NCBI GenBank assembly: GCA_030673205.1
Contig: DAOVJP010000001.1
Location: 1-26,536, forward strand
Direction: 5' to 3'
DNA from: Thermoplasmata archaeon
GTDB lineage: Archaea; Thermoplasmatota; Thermoplasmata; JAGHBH01
Length of the DNA stretch: 26,536 bases
The translations under genes were made by a program, and so were the position numbers. Under the pieces are notes generated by a model. That model was not told the origin of the DNA and made no database searches. It worked only from the letters and a program-made list of their open reading frames with translations. Below are positions 1-8,712 of the stretch, piece after piece (position 1 is the first letter of the stretch; every line of letters begins with the position of its first letter).

Positions 1-646
1 ACCCACGGGGGCCAAGGTGCTGACACATTGCAACAGCACCGCCGCCGTCCGTTCGATCATCCGGGCCTATGAGCTGGGAAAGATCGATATGGCATACAAC
101 ACCGAGTCAAGGCCCAGATACCAGGGGAGGATAACAAGCCGCCAACTGGCAGAGGCCGGTGTGCCGGTGACCATGATCGTTGACTCAGCTACTCGCTTTC
201 TCATGCCCCATCTGGATATGGTCATAGTGGGGTCGGACACCATAGCGTCCAATGGGGCGGTGGTGAACAAGATAGGAACGAGCCAGGTGGCACTCTGCGC
301 CCACGAGGCCCGGGTGCCGGTGACCGTATGTGCCGAATCCTACAAGTTCTCCCCCCTCACCGTTTTCGGCGAACGGGTGGACATAGAAGAGAGAGACGTA
401 AGGGAGATAGCGGACCCAGAGGATTTTCCCGGGGTCAAGTTCTACAACCCTGTCTTCGATTTCACACCCCCCGAGTATGTGGACGCCATAGTCACAGAGT
501 TCGGGGTCATGAGCCCCTACACCGCCTACGAGCTCATCATGCGGGAGTTCTCAGACCAGGCACTTTTCACATTGGACAAAGGGAATGACAAGGAGTTGGA
601 CAAAGGGAATGACAAGGAGAATGAGGATCACAGCAAGGAGGTATAG
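1..646 (+). CDS. e2b2: Ribose-1,5-bisphosphate isomerase (eIF-2B/MtnA-like family), 5'-partial
   Basis: Frame is open from the window edge (PTGAKVLTHCNS...). Motifs THCNS (catalytic Cys), ESRPRYQG, VGSD (catalytic Asp), NKIGT and NPVFDFTP. Lies directly upstream of RuBisCO and AMP phosphorylase. Confidence 0.9.
   Translation, partial: PTGAKVLTHCNSTAAVRSIIRAYELGKIDMAYNTESRPRYQGRITSRQLAEAGVPVTMIVDSATRFLMPHLDMVIVGSDTIASNGAVVNKIGTSQVALCAHEARVPVTVCAESYKFSPLTVFGERVDIEERDVREIADPEDFPGVKFYNPVFDFTPPEYVDAIVTEFGVMSPYTAYELIMREFSDQALFTLDKGNDKELDKGNDKENEDHSKEV
572..619 (+). repeat. Perfect 24-bp in-frame tandem duplication (TTGGACAAAGGGAATGACAAGGAG x2)
   Basis: Read directly at 572-595 and 596-619; encodes LDKGNDKE-LDKGNDKE in the isomerase tail. 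Confidence 0.97.
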
Positions 647-648
647 AT

Positions 649-1884
649 ATGTTACAACTAGAGAGATATGAAGAATATTTAGATGACTACATCTTGTGCG
701 AATACCGAGCCAAGAGCACCTTCCCATTGGACAAAGCGGCCAGAGCCATAGCGACCGAACAGTCTACGGGGACGTGGACACAGGACATAAAAGGGAAGAG
801 GGGGGATCTGACAGCCAAGGTCTTGGCCCACGAGCCGAACATCATACTCGCTTTCCCCCTGGAGGACGCCGATCTCCACATGGGAGGCATAGCACAGCTT
901 CTCAGTCTGGTGGCTGGGAACCTCTTCGGCCTGGAAGAGCTCACATCCGTGCGGTTCCAAGACATGTACGTTCCCCCTGCGGCTATCAAAGAGTTCAAGG
1001 GGCCCAAGTTCGGGGTGGAGGGACTGCACGAATGTCTAGGACAGCCCATAGAGCGGCCCCTGGTGGGGACCATAGTCAAACCCAAGATAGGACTGGACCC
1101 AAAGGCCACGGCCGAATATGTGTACCAGGGAGGAATGGGAGGGCTGACGAATTCCAAGGATGATGAGACCCTGGTGGATCAGGGCTTCTGCCCTATAATG
1201 GACCGCTGTGTAGAGGTGTCCGAGGCGCTGGACCGTGTGGAAGCGGAGACAGGGCACAAGATGATGCACGCCTTCAACATAACCGGGCGGCCGGAGAAGA
1301 TGTTGGAACTGGGGGAGCAGCTCATAGAACAGGGCGCTCGGCAGCTCATGGTGGATGTCCTGGTCGCGGGCTTCGGCAGCCTGCGCATGCTTGCCGAGGA
1401 CCCATCCATAAAGGTGCCCATTCACGTGCACCGGGCCATGCACGCCGCCATGACCAGAGATCCGAAGCATGGCATCAGCATGAGGATATTCTCGCTGCTC
1501 ACCAGGCTTGCAGGGGGCGACGCGCTCCACGTCGACACCTTCGGAGTGGGAAAGATGCACGGTAGTGCCGAAGAGGACAAGGAAAGCCAACTCGCCCTGG
1601 AATCGAAGATGGGACATTTAAAGAGACCGCTCACTGTCTGCAGCGGAGGCATGCACCCAGGGCTCGTGGTACCTCTGCTGAAGATAACCGGAAGCAGGGT
1701 CCAGTTGCAAGCCGGAGGGGGAGTGGCCGGACATCCAGAGGGGATCACCGCCGGCTCCAAGGCTATGAACCAGGCCATCGACGCATATCTGGCCGGTGTA
1801 ACTGCCGGGGAATATGCGAAGGAACACATGGAACTCGCCCTGGCACTGGAGAAATGGGGAGAGGTCAGCGGAGGAGATTATTGA
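649..1884 (+). CDS. rbcL: RuBisCO large subunit, archaeal form III-like with divergent motifs
   Basis: 411 aa. Motifs ATEQSTGTWT, AGNLFG, GTIVKPK, KDDE, HVHRAMH, H..T...GK, SGG, QAGGG and GHP. SD AAGGAGGT lies just upstream. Confidence 0.9.
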   Translation: MLQLERYEEYLDDYILCEYRAKSTFPLDKAARAIATEQSTGTWTQDIKGKRGDLTAKVLAHEPNIILAFPLEDADLHMGGIAQLLSLVAGNLFGLEELTSVRFQDMYVPPAAIKEFKGPKFGVEGLHECLGQPIERPLVGTIVKPKIGLDPKATAEYVYQGGMGGLTNSKDDETLVDQGFCPIMDRCVEVSEALDRVEAETGHKMMHAFNITGRPEKMLELGEQLIEQGARQLMVDVLVAGFGSLRMLAEDPSIKVPIHVHRAMHAAMTRDPKHGISMRIFSLLTRLAGGDALHVDTFGVGKMHGSAEEDKESQLALESKMGHLKRPLTVCSGGMHPGLVVPLLKITGSRVQLQAGGGVAGHPEGITAGSKAMNQAIDAYLAGVTAGEYAKEHMELALALEKWGEVSGGDY

Positions 1885-1893
1885 GGTGCGACA

Positions 1894-3429
1894 ATGCTGG
1901 GAACCACATACAGGGTCAAACGCGTCGACATAGTATCGGACAGACGGACCGCCATATTGAACCAGAAAGATGCCATGGAACTGAGCCTGAGAGAACAGGA
2001 CAGGGTCAAAGTCTCCTCCGATGGAGAATGGGTCATAGCCATAGTGGAGACCACCTCCACACTAGTGGAGCCCGGAGAGATAGGACTTCTGGAGAGGTGT
2101 AGGGAGGCACTGTGCGTCGAGGAGAACAGCGAGGTCAGGCTCATGCCCGCGGAGAGACCCACCTCTGTGGAGGACATAAAGAAGAAGCTCCAGGGGAAAG
2201 AACTCTCCAAGGATGAGATAGTTGCCATCATAGATGATATAGTCAAGAGGAAACTAAGCGACATAGAGCTGTCCGCATATGTCACCAGCGTATACATCAA
2301 CGGCATGAACATGAGGGAGACTGCAGACCTCACAAGGGCTATGGTGGACACCGGAGATACCATATCCTTCGATACTGGCCCCATATACGATTTTCACAGC
2401 GTAGGGGGCGCACCGGGCAACAAGATAACCCTGCTAGTGGTGCCCATAGTGGCTGCCGGAGGACTGTTGGTCCCAAAGACCAGCAGCCGAGCCATAAGCA
2501 GCGCGTGCGGGACAGCGGATATACTGGAGGTGTTATGCCCCGTGACCCTCAAGGCCCACCAGATAAGATCGATAACGGAGAGGATAGGAGGGGTCATAGC
2601 ATGGGGAGGCGGGGTGAACATAGCTCCAGCGGATGATCTTATCATCAGGGCAGAATATCCATTGTCCATAGATCCACATCCACAACTTCTTGCCTCGGTC
2701 ATGGCCAAGAAAAAGGCCGTGGGTGCCGAACGGTTGTTGATGGACATACCCATGGGGCCGGAGACGAAGGTGCCGGATGAGAAGATAGCTAGGGGATATG
2801 CAAAGGATTTCATCTCCCTGGGGGATATGCTGGATATGCATGTGGAATGCGCTATAACCTATGGTGGACAGCCCATCGGCCGGGCCATAGGTCCAGCGGC
2901 CGAAGCCAGGGAAGCACTGGTAGCCCTGGAAGGAAAGCCGTCACCCAACAGCCTCCTCGACAAAGCCCTGGGAATGGCGGCCATACTGTTCTCCATGGAC
3001 GGCCATAGGGACCCTCTTAACTACGCGAAGGAACTCCTCTCTTCGGGAAAGGCGCTGGCCAAATTCAAGGAGATCATAGAGGCACAGGGGGGAGACCCGG
3101 ATGTCACGTCGGAGACCGTGAAGATGGGCAAATATTCGGCCCAGGTACGCGCCACCAAGGATGGTTATGTCAGTTCTGTGAGCAACCATGCCATAGTCAA
3201 GATGGTCAGGACGGCTGGCGCTCCCAAGGACAAGGGTGCTGCCCTCGTACTCGAGGTGAAAGAAGGGGATGCGGTGGACCCAGGGGACGTGCTGTTCACC
3301 CTCTACGCCGACAGCGAAAGAAAATTGGAGAAGGCCGTGGAACTATCTAGGAAGATAAAGCACCTATCCGTCGAAGGGATGATACTGGAGAGGATACCGG
3401 CCATACACGAGGTCGGTGGGAATAGGTAG
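1894..3429 (+). CDS. deoA: AMP phosphorylase (thymidine phosphorylase family, with N-terminal extra domain)
   Basis: 511 aa. Motifs DFHSVGGAPGNK, PKTSSRAISSACGTAD, WGGGVNIAPADD, SVMAKK, QPIGRAIGP and GAPKDKGA. Operonic with rbcL and the isomerase. Confidence 0.93.
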   Translation: MLGTTYRVKRVDIVSDRRTAILNQKDAMELSLREQDRVKVSSDGEWVIAIVETTSTLVEPGEIGLLERCREALCVEENSEVRLMPAERPTSVEDIKKKLQGKELSKDEIVAIIDDIVKRKLSDIELSAYVTSVYINGMNMRETADLTRAMVDTGDTISFDTGPIYDFHSVGGAPGNKITLLVVPIVAAGGLLVPKTSSRAISSACGTADILEVLCPVTLKAHQIRSITERIGGVIAWGGGVNIAPADDLIIRAEYPLSIDPHPQLLASVMAKKKAVGAERLLMDIPMGPETKVPDEKIARGYAKDFISLGDMLDMHVECAITYGGQPIGRAIGPAAEAREALVALEGKPSPNSLLDKALGMAAILFSMDGHRDPLNYAKELLSSGKALAKFKEIIEAQGGDPDVTSETVKMGKYSAQVRATKDGYVSSVSNHAIVKMVRTAGAPKDKGAALVLEVKEGDAVDPGDVLFTLYADSERKLEKAVELSRKIKHLSVEGMILERIPAIHEVGGNR

Positions 3430-3527
3430 ACATATAGACATCGAGCTATGCAGCCTGCGGGTCTGGCATAGGGCCCTCCCATCCGGCCCTATACATCTCT
3501 CTCCAATGCCCTTTCATTCAGGTTCCC

Positions 3528-4646
3528 CTATGCCTCCTCTATATCCACTCTCGTATCCATCCTGCCACCTTCCCCTACCTCTTCTCTACCACTCACTCCC
3601 CCCACCTCTCTACCATCCACTCCCCCTTCCTCTCTCTCCCCCTGGCTCTCGCGTCCTTCTCCCTCCCCAAAGAAGTGGAAGAACACCCACCAGTATATGG
3701 CTATCCACATGATGAATAGGAAATCGCCGAGGTGCTTGTGGACGGCCATGGTGGTGTCTAGGTCCTTGTAGTACATGAGCAGGGCGAGCATCACCATGCG
3801 TAATATGTTTATGAGAAAGGCACCGAGTATGCCTATGCCTATGCCAAGGGCCTTTTTCCTTCCCGATATCTCCATGGGCCAGATGAGGGCCATCAGGATG
3901 AAACTGAACATGATCAGGCTGCGGAGGCCTGTGCACCCCCAATCCACATGGAGGCTGGCGGTCTCATTGAGGCCAAACACCGTGAAGGTGCCTGGCTGTG
4001 CCACGAGATCCTCTGGATATAGGAGGGAATTGGGAGGCAGGGCATAACCGTATTGCGTCGGCGCCCAGCCCGGGAGCGAACCTGCCCAACCGGGCATGGC
4101 ACCGCTGTGCACCGGATACCCTAGTCCACCTGGACCGGCGAGGCGGGTTATGGCGGCGACGAACCAGTCGGCTATGGAGTCGAAATAGGCCGCGGAGATC
4201 AGTTGCAGGGCCTTGAGACTGAAGCTCAGACCACCCACCAGGAGCAGAGGGAGGTATATCTTCTTGAGATTCCTGTAGCCGAAGAACAGGAGTATGATGC
4301 CCAGGGCGAGTATGGTGTAGTCTGTTTGCCCATACCCACCTCCGAATATGCCCCTTGTGCCAAGGTCGAATATGAAGCTGGAGACACAGACTCCCAGGCC
4401 CACCAGGATCTCGTCCCATTTGGGAATGGGAATGTTGTAGTAGCGGGTCTCATCCACTCTGACTATGATGATCGCCAGTAAAGCGTAGAAGAAGAGGTTG
4501 AAGAATCCCTGGTCGGAAAATCCTGGGATGAAGGCCACGAAGGAGCTCAATACCATTGCGAGATAGAAGTAGCTCAGTCTGTTCTCCCGAAACCGCCTGT
4601 ACATTTCAAGACGGGTGTCCATATCCATTCTTTCCAAATATGCCAT
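3528..4646 (-). CDS. Archaeosortase/exosortase-family intramembrane transpeptidase
   Basis: Multi-pass hydrophobic protein with a Cys-Arg-His triad pattern: W-G-C-T-G-L-R-S, N-I-L-R and V-H-K-H-L-G. Glu/Gly-rich low-complexity C-tail. Confidence 0.82.
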   Translation of the reverse strand: MAYLERMDMDTRLEMYRRFRENRLSYFYLAMVLSSFVAFIPGFSDQGFFNLFFYALLAIIIVRVDETRYYNIPIPKWDEILVGLGVCVSSFIFDLGTRGIFGGGYGQTDYTILALGIILLFFGYRNLKKIYLPLLLVGGLSFSLKALQLISAAYFDSIADWFVAAITRLAGPGGLGYPVHSGAMPGWAGSLPGWAPTQYGYALPPNSLLYPEDLVAQPGTFTVFGLNETASLHVDWGCTGLRSLIMFSFILMALIWPMEISGRKKALGIGIGILGAFLINILRMVMLALLMYYKDLDTTMAVHKHLGDFLFIMWIAIYWWVFFHFFGEGEGRESQGEREEGGVDGREVGGVSGREEVGEGGRMDTRVDIEEA

Positions 4647-4745
4647 CTCCAGCGACGGACTCCACGGTAAAAGGGATCCTGGAATGAAAAAGGTTTTGCC
4701 CTATGAACAGGTATCTATTACAGATGTTCGACAGATGTCCTATGC

Positions 4746-5618
4746 CTATCCATCCCGACATCGATCTATCATCGCGGTCAGTTTGTTGTAGTTCTCATAT
4801 ATCGTCTGTTTGTCCCTGAATGAAGATGCTATCTCGGCAAGATTGCCGATGACCTTGTAAAGGCCTTCTTTCGTCGGGTCGTCAAAAGAAACAGCTGCCT
4901 TCCTGAACTGCTCCTTCACCATGAGCGTCCCCAGCTCATTATCGCCTTGGGCCTCTATGAAGCATTCTAGGACCGCATCCCGTACCTCCCTGGGGGAGAA
5001 TGAACCGTGGCAACTGGAAGTGCCCTGGGCACCCATCGGTTCCGTATGGTCTGCCATCGATACCTCCTTGCAAGAGGTCTTGGTGATCTCCCATTCACAA
5101 TGTTCATCACCTCTGCCCACGCACTTCGTGTGCTCCACGATCAGATCGGTGTTGATAGCACTGCCGACACCCGCATAGTACTGGGTGATAAACCGGCAGG
5201 ACACGGTATCCACATAGGCATCGTGTAGCTTTATGATCCCGCCACTGTCCGTAGACAATGTCTCCATGGTGCCGAAATCGTAGAATTCGGTCCAATATTT
5301 CGGCGCGTTCTTGAGCACCGCGTCGAAGGAAACGGCCCATCTGAAGAACACACCCACCACGCCTTTTCTCTTCGCGGCTTCGCGGGCTATACTGTCCAGC
5401 GTCTCCGGTCCATATATCTTCAGTATGGCCGTATTCATGATCTGAATGTGTTCTATGGGATATTTTTCCTTGAACTTTATGTCATCGATCCGGGATGGGC
5501 CATCATATCCTCCTTTTCTCATCTCGACCAATATATCTTTGAGGCCGTCCGTGCCGAGCTTCTTCTTGAGCGCCGAGATCCGTGCATGGAATACTCCGCC
5601 ATAAACATTCTTTGACAT
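4746..5618 (-). CDS. Two-domain protein: N-terminal V4R-like ligand-binding domain plus ~100-aa helical C-terminal domain of unknown function
   Basis: HTKCVGRGDEHCEWEI fits the V4R C-x4-G-D-x2-C signature. The second domain begins after a linker at M188. Confidence 0.6.
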   Translation of the reverse strand: MSKNVYGGVFHARISALKKKLGTDGLKDILVEMRKGGYDGPSRIDDIKFKEKYPIEHIQIMNTAILKIYGPETLDSIAREAAKRKGVVGVFFRWAVSFDAVLKNAPKYWTEFYDFGTMETLSTDSGGIIKLHDAYVDTVSCRFITQYYAGVGSAINTDLIVEHTKCVGRGDEHCEWEITKTSCKEVSMADHTEPMGAQGTSSCHGSFSPREVRDAVLECFIEAQGDNELGTLMVKEQFRKAAVSFDDPTKEGLYKVIGNLAEIASSFRDKQTIYENYNKLTAMIDRCRDG

Positions 5619-5690
5619 GGAAACCTGCCCCCAGTGGAACTAATCCATTATAAGCACTTCCCCGAAATAGTGGTGTAACAGACCATTCCT

Positions 5691-6107
5691 CTAGCCCCAT
5701 AGATCCGTTGTTGGCAGCTTCTCCTCCATTATCCGCTGCCACATCCTGGCCAATTCTTCCTCCGATGCACGCCTCGCCCTGTTCGGGTCCAACTCGTTCG
5801 GCCCGTGCACGGGAACCAGATGGATATGCAGATGCGGGATCGAAAGACCCTCGACCGCTATGGCTATTCTCTTGGCCTTCGTCGCAGCTTTCAATGGCCG
5901 CACCAACTCCTTTGCGGCCAGGAAGAGTCTGGAATACGTTTCGTCATCCAGATGAACCACGTCCTCCTGGTGGTCCTTGGTCACCAAAAGCGTGTGGCCG
6001 GGGTTGACGGGGTTTATATCCAAGAATGCAAGGAACTCTTCGTCCTCCCATAAGATGAAGCCGGGCAGTTCCCTGGTTATGATCTTGCAGAACAGACAAC
6101 CTTCCAA
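5691..6107 (-). CDS. hit: HIT (histidine triad) family nucleotide hydrolase
   Basis: CLFC, FLDINP..PGHTL and HLHIHLV; TTG start. Confidence 0.92.
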   Translation of the reverse strand: MEGCLFCKIITRELPGFILWEDEEFLAFLDINPVNPGHTLLVTKDHQEDVVHLDDETYSRLFLAAKELVRPLKAATKAKRIAIAVEGLSIPHLHIHLVPVHGPNELDPNRARRASEEELARMWQRIMEEKLPTTDLWG

Positions 6108-6154
6108 AACATCACATCCCTTTCTTCATACTCTCATGTGTCACATGCATAGGG

Positions 6155-7090
6155 CTATGGATACAATATGAACACCTCGTTGGAATCGCTTGTGAGGCCC
6201 TGCTCGTCCACCACACGTATCTTGAAATAGTATGTCTGGAGGTGGCCTGAAGGAGTTATGGAGGTGTCGGTTGTGCCCCTATCCGGTATAGTCTCTTCCA
6301 ATGTGGACGTGGAGGGTGTGAAGCCCTGTTCGGTGCTCATATGCACCTCGTATCTGTCGAAATCCATGTCGGCGTTGGGGCTCCAAAGGAGTTCTATCAC
6401 CCCTTCAAGAACATTGTAGACAGGTGGCTGCAGGATCACTGGCACAGGGGCTATATCGTCTCCCCTACCTGTCACACTCGTGCTAACCTCCTCCTCCAGG
6501 TCGAATGGGAGCGTCAATGTCTTCCATCGGAACAGGCCAAATGCCTTCACAGGGATGGTCACGTCTCCCTCTATGCGGAGGGTCGCGGTGTCCTGCGTTA
6601 TGAGTGTCAACACCGGTCCGCTCAGATCGTCCAGGTCTATGATGAGCGAGAAGAGATGGTCTTGAGTCCCCGATTTGATAGAGAATTCCCCCTTCTCCCC
6701 CTCACCAAGATAATCATCCTCCACATATATCTCATAAGCCAGGCGGTCTATGTCTATAGAGGTGAAGGTGGGGTTGTCGAACGTGAGCTCCACGGTCACG
6801 ATGAATGTGCCCACCTCCGCTCCCTGTGTGAACCCGGAGAGCGTGGTGTCCTCCAAGGATAGGGAAGAAGCGGCGTTGTATACGAACGCCATGTGCGCTA
6901 CGGAGCCTATTATCAAGAACAAGGTTATCGCTAGTTTCAACTTCAAGGAGAGACGCATCCGGCCTGTCTTCTTCTCTAGGGCGGCCAACCGTCCCTCTGT
7001 ATCATGCGAATCCTCTCCGCCCTGGTTGCTATCCACGCTGGGCGATCCGCTCTGGTTGCTGTCCGCGCTAGACAATGTCGATGTAGTCAT
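6155..7090 (-). CDS. Membrane-anchored LEA_2-like plus fibronectin type III domain protein
   Basis: One TM (LAITLFLIIGSVAHMAFV), then VELTFDNPT...IDIDRLAYEIYVEDDYLGEG (LEA_2/WHy-like). C-terminal LLWSPN.....YEVH...TYYFKIRVVD is FN3-like. Confidence 0.65.
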   Translation of the reverse strand: MTTSTLSSADSNQSGSPSVDSNQGGEDSHDTEGRLAALEKKTGRMRLSLKLKLAITLFLIIGSVAHMAFVYNAASSLSLEDTTLSGFTQGAEVGTFIVTVELTFDNPTFTSIDIDRLAYEIYVEDDYLGEGEKGEFSIKSGTQDHLFSLIIDLDDLSGPVLTLITQDTATLRIEGDVTIPVKAFGLFRWKTLTLPFDLEEEVSTSVTGRGDDIAPVPVILQPPVYNVLEGVIELLWSPNADMDFDRYEVHMSTEQGFTPSTSTLEETIPDRGTTDTSITPSGHLQTYYFKIRVVDEQGLTSDSNEVFILYP

Positions 7091-8354
7091 ATCCTTCTTC
7101 CACTGTGAAACAATATTGGACCTTGGTGAACTGGTGCTTCAAAACCTTCACATCCTCTTTGACGCTGGCCGTGCTTTCATGATCCACTATTATTCGTTTG
7201 AGGAGTTCTGCGACCTCCGCCATCTCCCCTTCTTTCATCCCTATGCGGGTGAGCTCCTGCACTCCAAGGCGTATGCCACTTGGGTTCTGGGCGGCGTTCA
7301 CGTCATCCCATGGCAAGAGGTTCTTGTTGGCTATGATGTTCGCCTGCTCCATAGCCTCAACCAACGGGGTCCCGCCGCCATTCTTCCTCACGTCCACGGC
7401 TATTGTGTGGCTCTTCGTGAACCCTTGGTCGGGGCATAGGACCCCCATATCCCTTTCATGCATAGCCTGACCCAGTGCCTGTGCGTTCTTAACGGTCTGC
7501 GCTGCGTATTCCTTCCCAAAGGCTAGATGCTCTGCGAGGCTGATGGCCAGGGCGGCCATGGTATGCAGGTGGTGGTTGCTTGAAACGCCAGGGAATACCC
7601 CGTAGTTGAGCTTGTTCTGCATCTTCTCGTTCCTGGGATTGGCCAATAATATACCTCTCTGGGGGCCAGGAAGGGTCTTGTGAGTGGATCCGGTCATCAC
7701 TTCCACCCCCTCTCTTAACGGGTCCTGGAACTGACCGCCAGCTATGAGGCCCAACACATGGGCCGCGTCGTACCAGACATAACAACCAGTCTCCTCCAAC
7801 GCGTCCCTCAGTTCCTTTAGGGGGGCTGGGAAGAGGAACACGGACATGCCGAACAGGGCCAGCTTTGGGCTGGTTTCCCGTATGAGCTTGTCCGCCTTGT
7901 CTATATCTATGTTCATTATATCGGTATCAAAGGGATAGGTCACGCCGTTCAGACCCCTCATTCCCACGGCGCCGAACTTGGCGCTGCTTATGTGAGCCCC
8001 ATCTGCTACATTGGGGGTCATTATCGTTCCTCCTGGTTTTATGAGACCGAACAAGGTCGCCATATTGGCCACGGTGCCGGATATGGGGCGCACATCCGCC
8101 CATTCTACCTTGAAAAGCTCTTTAGCAAGGTCTATGGCCTTTCTCTCTATGTCATCCACATATATGTTGCCTTGATAGTACCTAGCTCCTGGCAATCCCT
8201 CGGCATATCTGTTATGCAGATCACTTATGAGCATCTCGCGGGCCAGGGGGCTTATCAGGTTCTCCGACGCGATCATCGGCAGGGAATCGTGAAACCACTG
8301 GGTGTGCTCCTTCGCCAACCTTCTAATATCCATGGCCTCTTTCTCGTAATCCAT
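7068..8354 (-). CDS. glyA: Serine hydroxymethyltransferase, archaeal type
   Basis: Motifs IASEN, RYAEG...RYYQG, GAHISS, DAAH, GSTHKTLPGPQRG (PLP Lys), NKN and SGIRLG. Start placed at ATG 8354, preceded by GAGGTG, rather than 8435. Confidence 0.95.
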   Translation of the reverse strand: MDYEKEAMDIRRLAKEHTQWFHDSLPMIASENLISPLAREMLISDLHNRYAEGLPGARYYQGNIYVDDIERKAIDLAKELFKVEWADVRPISGTVANMATLFGLIKPGGTIMTPNVADGAHISSAKFGAVGMRGLNGVTYPFDTDIMNIDIDKADKLIRETSPKLALFGMSVFLFPAPLKELRDALEETGCYVWYDAAHVLGLIAGGQFQDPLREGVEVMTGSTHKTLPGPQRGILLANPRNEKMQNKLNYGVFPGVSSNHHLHTMAALAISLAEHLAFGKEYAAQTVKNAQALGQAMHERDMGVLCPDQGFTKSHTIAVDVRKNGGGTPLVEAMEQANIIANKNLLPWDDVNAAQNPSGIRLGVQELTRIGMKEGEMAEVAELLKRIIVDHESTASVKEDVKVLKHQFTKVQYCFTVEEGYDYIDIV

Positions 8355-8402
8355 CTCCGTCACCTCGATGAGGATGGAAAGAATAGAGCATACAAAAAGA
8401 TT

Positions 8403-8454
8403 ACCTACAAAATACTCACCTGTGAACCACTCCAAACCACCTACAAACTACTCA
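8403..8454. repeat. 16-bp direct repeat pair, 15/16 identical, 36-bp period
   Basis: ACCTACAAAATACTCA (8403-8418) and ACCTACAAACTACTCA (8439-8454), upstream of glyA. Confidence 0.85.
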
Positions 8455-8712
8455 TCCACGAGCAACTTCCAATTGCCTGCAGAGTGCCTCCTTCTCCTCT
8501 GGGTCCAGCTTCATCAATCGGTGTGCGGGTATGACTATATCCATTATAGGACATAGAGGGGCCATGTGCAGGTAATTGAGCTTTTCCAAGCTTCTCAATG
8601 CTTTCAGTAGCTCCTCCTTTGGGATATGTAGCTCGCTGGATAACTGGATGGTCGTGTAAGGGTGATCGCCGGATATCAAAAGAGCAACCAGCCGCTCCTC
8701 TAGACCGGTCAT
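8452..8712 (-). CDS. Small wHTH-like protein, paralog B
   Basis: 86 aa. Shares SGDHPYT and LEKLNYLHMAP with the upstream gene; ATGA-type 4-nt overlap with it. Confidence 0.75.
   Translation of the reverse strand: MTGLEERLVALLISGDHPYTTIQLSSELHIPKEELLKALRSLEKLNYLHMAPLCPIMDIVIPAHRLMKLDPEEKEALCRQLEVARG

Noticed and set aside
1-646. Translation factor eIF-2B subunit
   Set aside because: Catalytic Cys/Asp motifs and operon context indicate the isomerase.
649-1884. Form IV RuBisCO-like protein of methionine salvage
   Set aside because: The catalytic residue set is largely intact and the neighbours are AMP phosphorylase and R15P isomerase; not fully excluded without a tree.
3530-3670. Pyrimidine-rich tract as a non-coding element
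   Set aside because: Explained by the Glu/Gly-rich coding tail of the archaeosortase on the minus strand.
4720-4740. ACAGATGT direct repeat (x2) after the V4R gene
   Set aside because: Only 8 bp in two copies, with no other occurrence noticed; compatible with chance.
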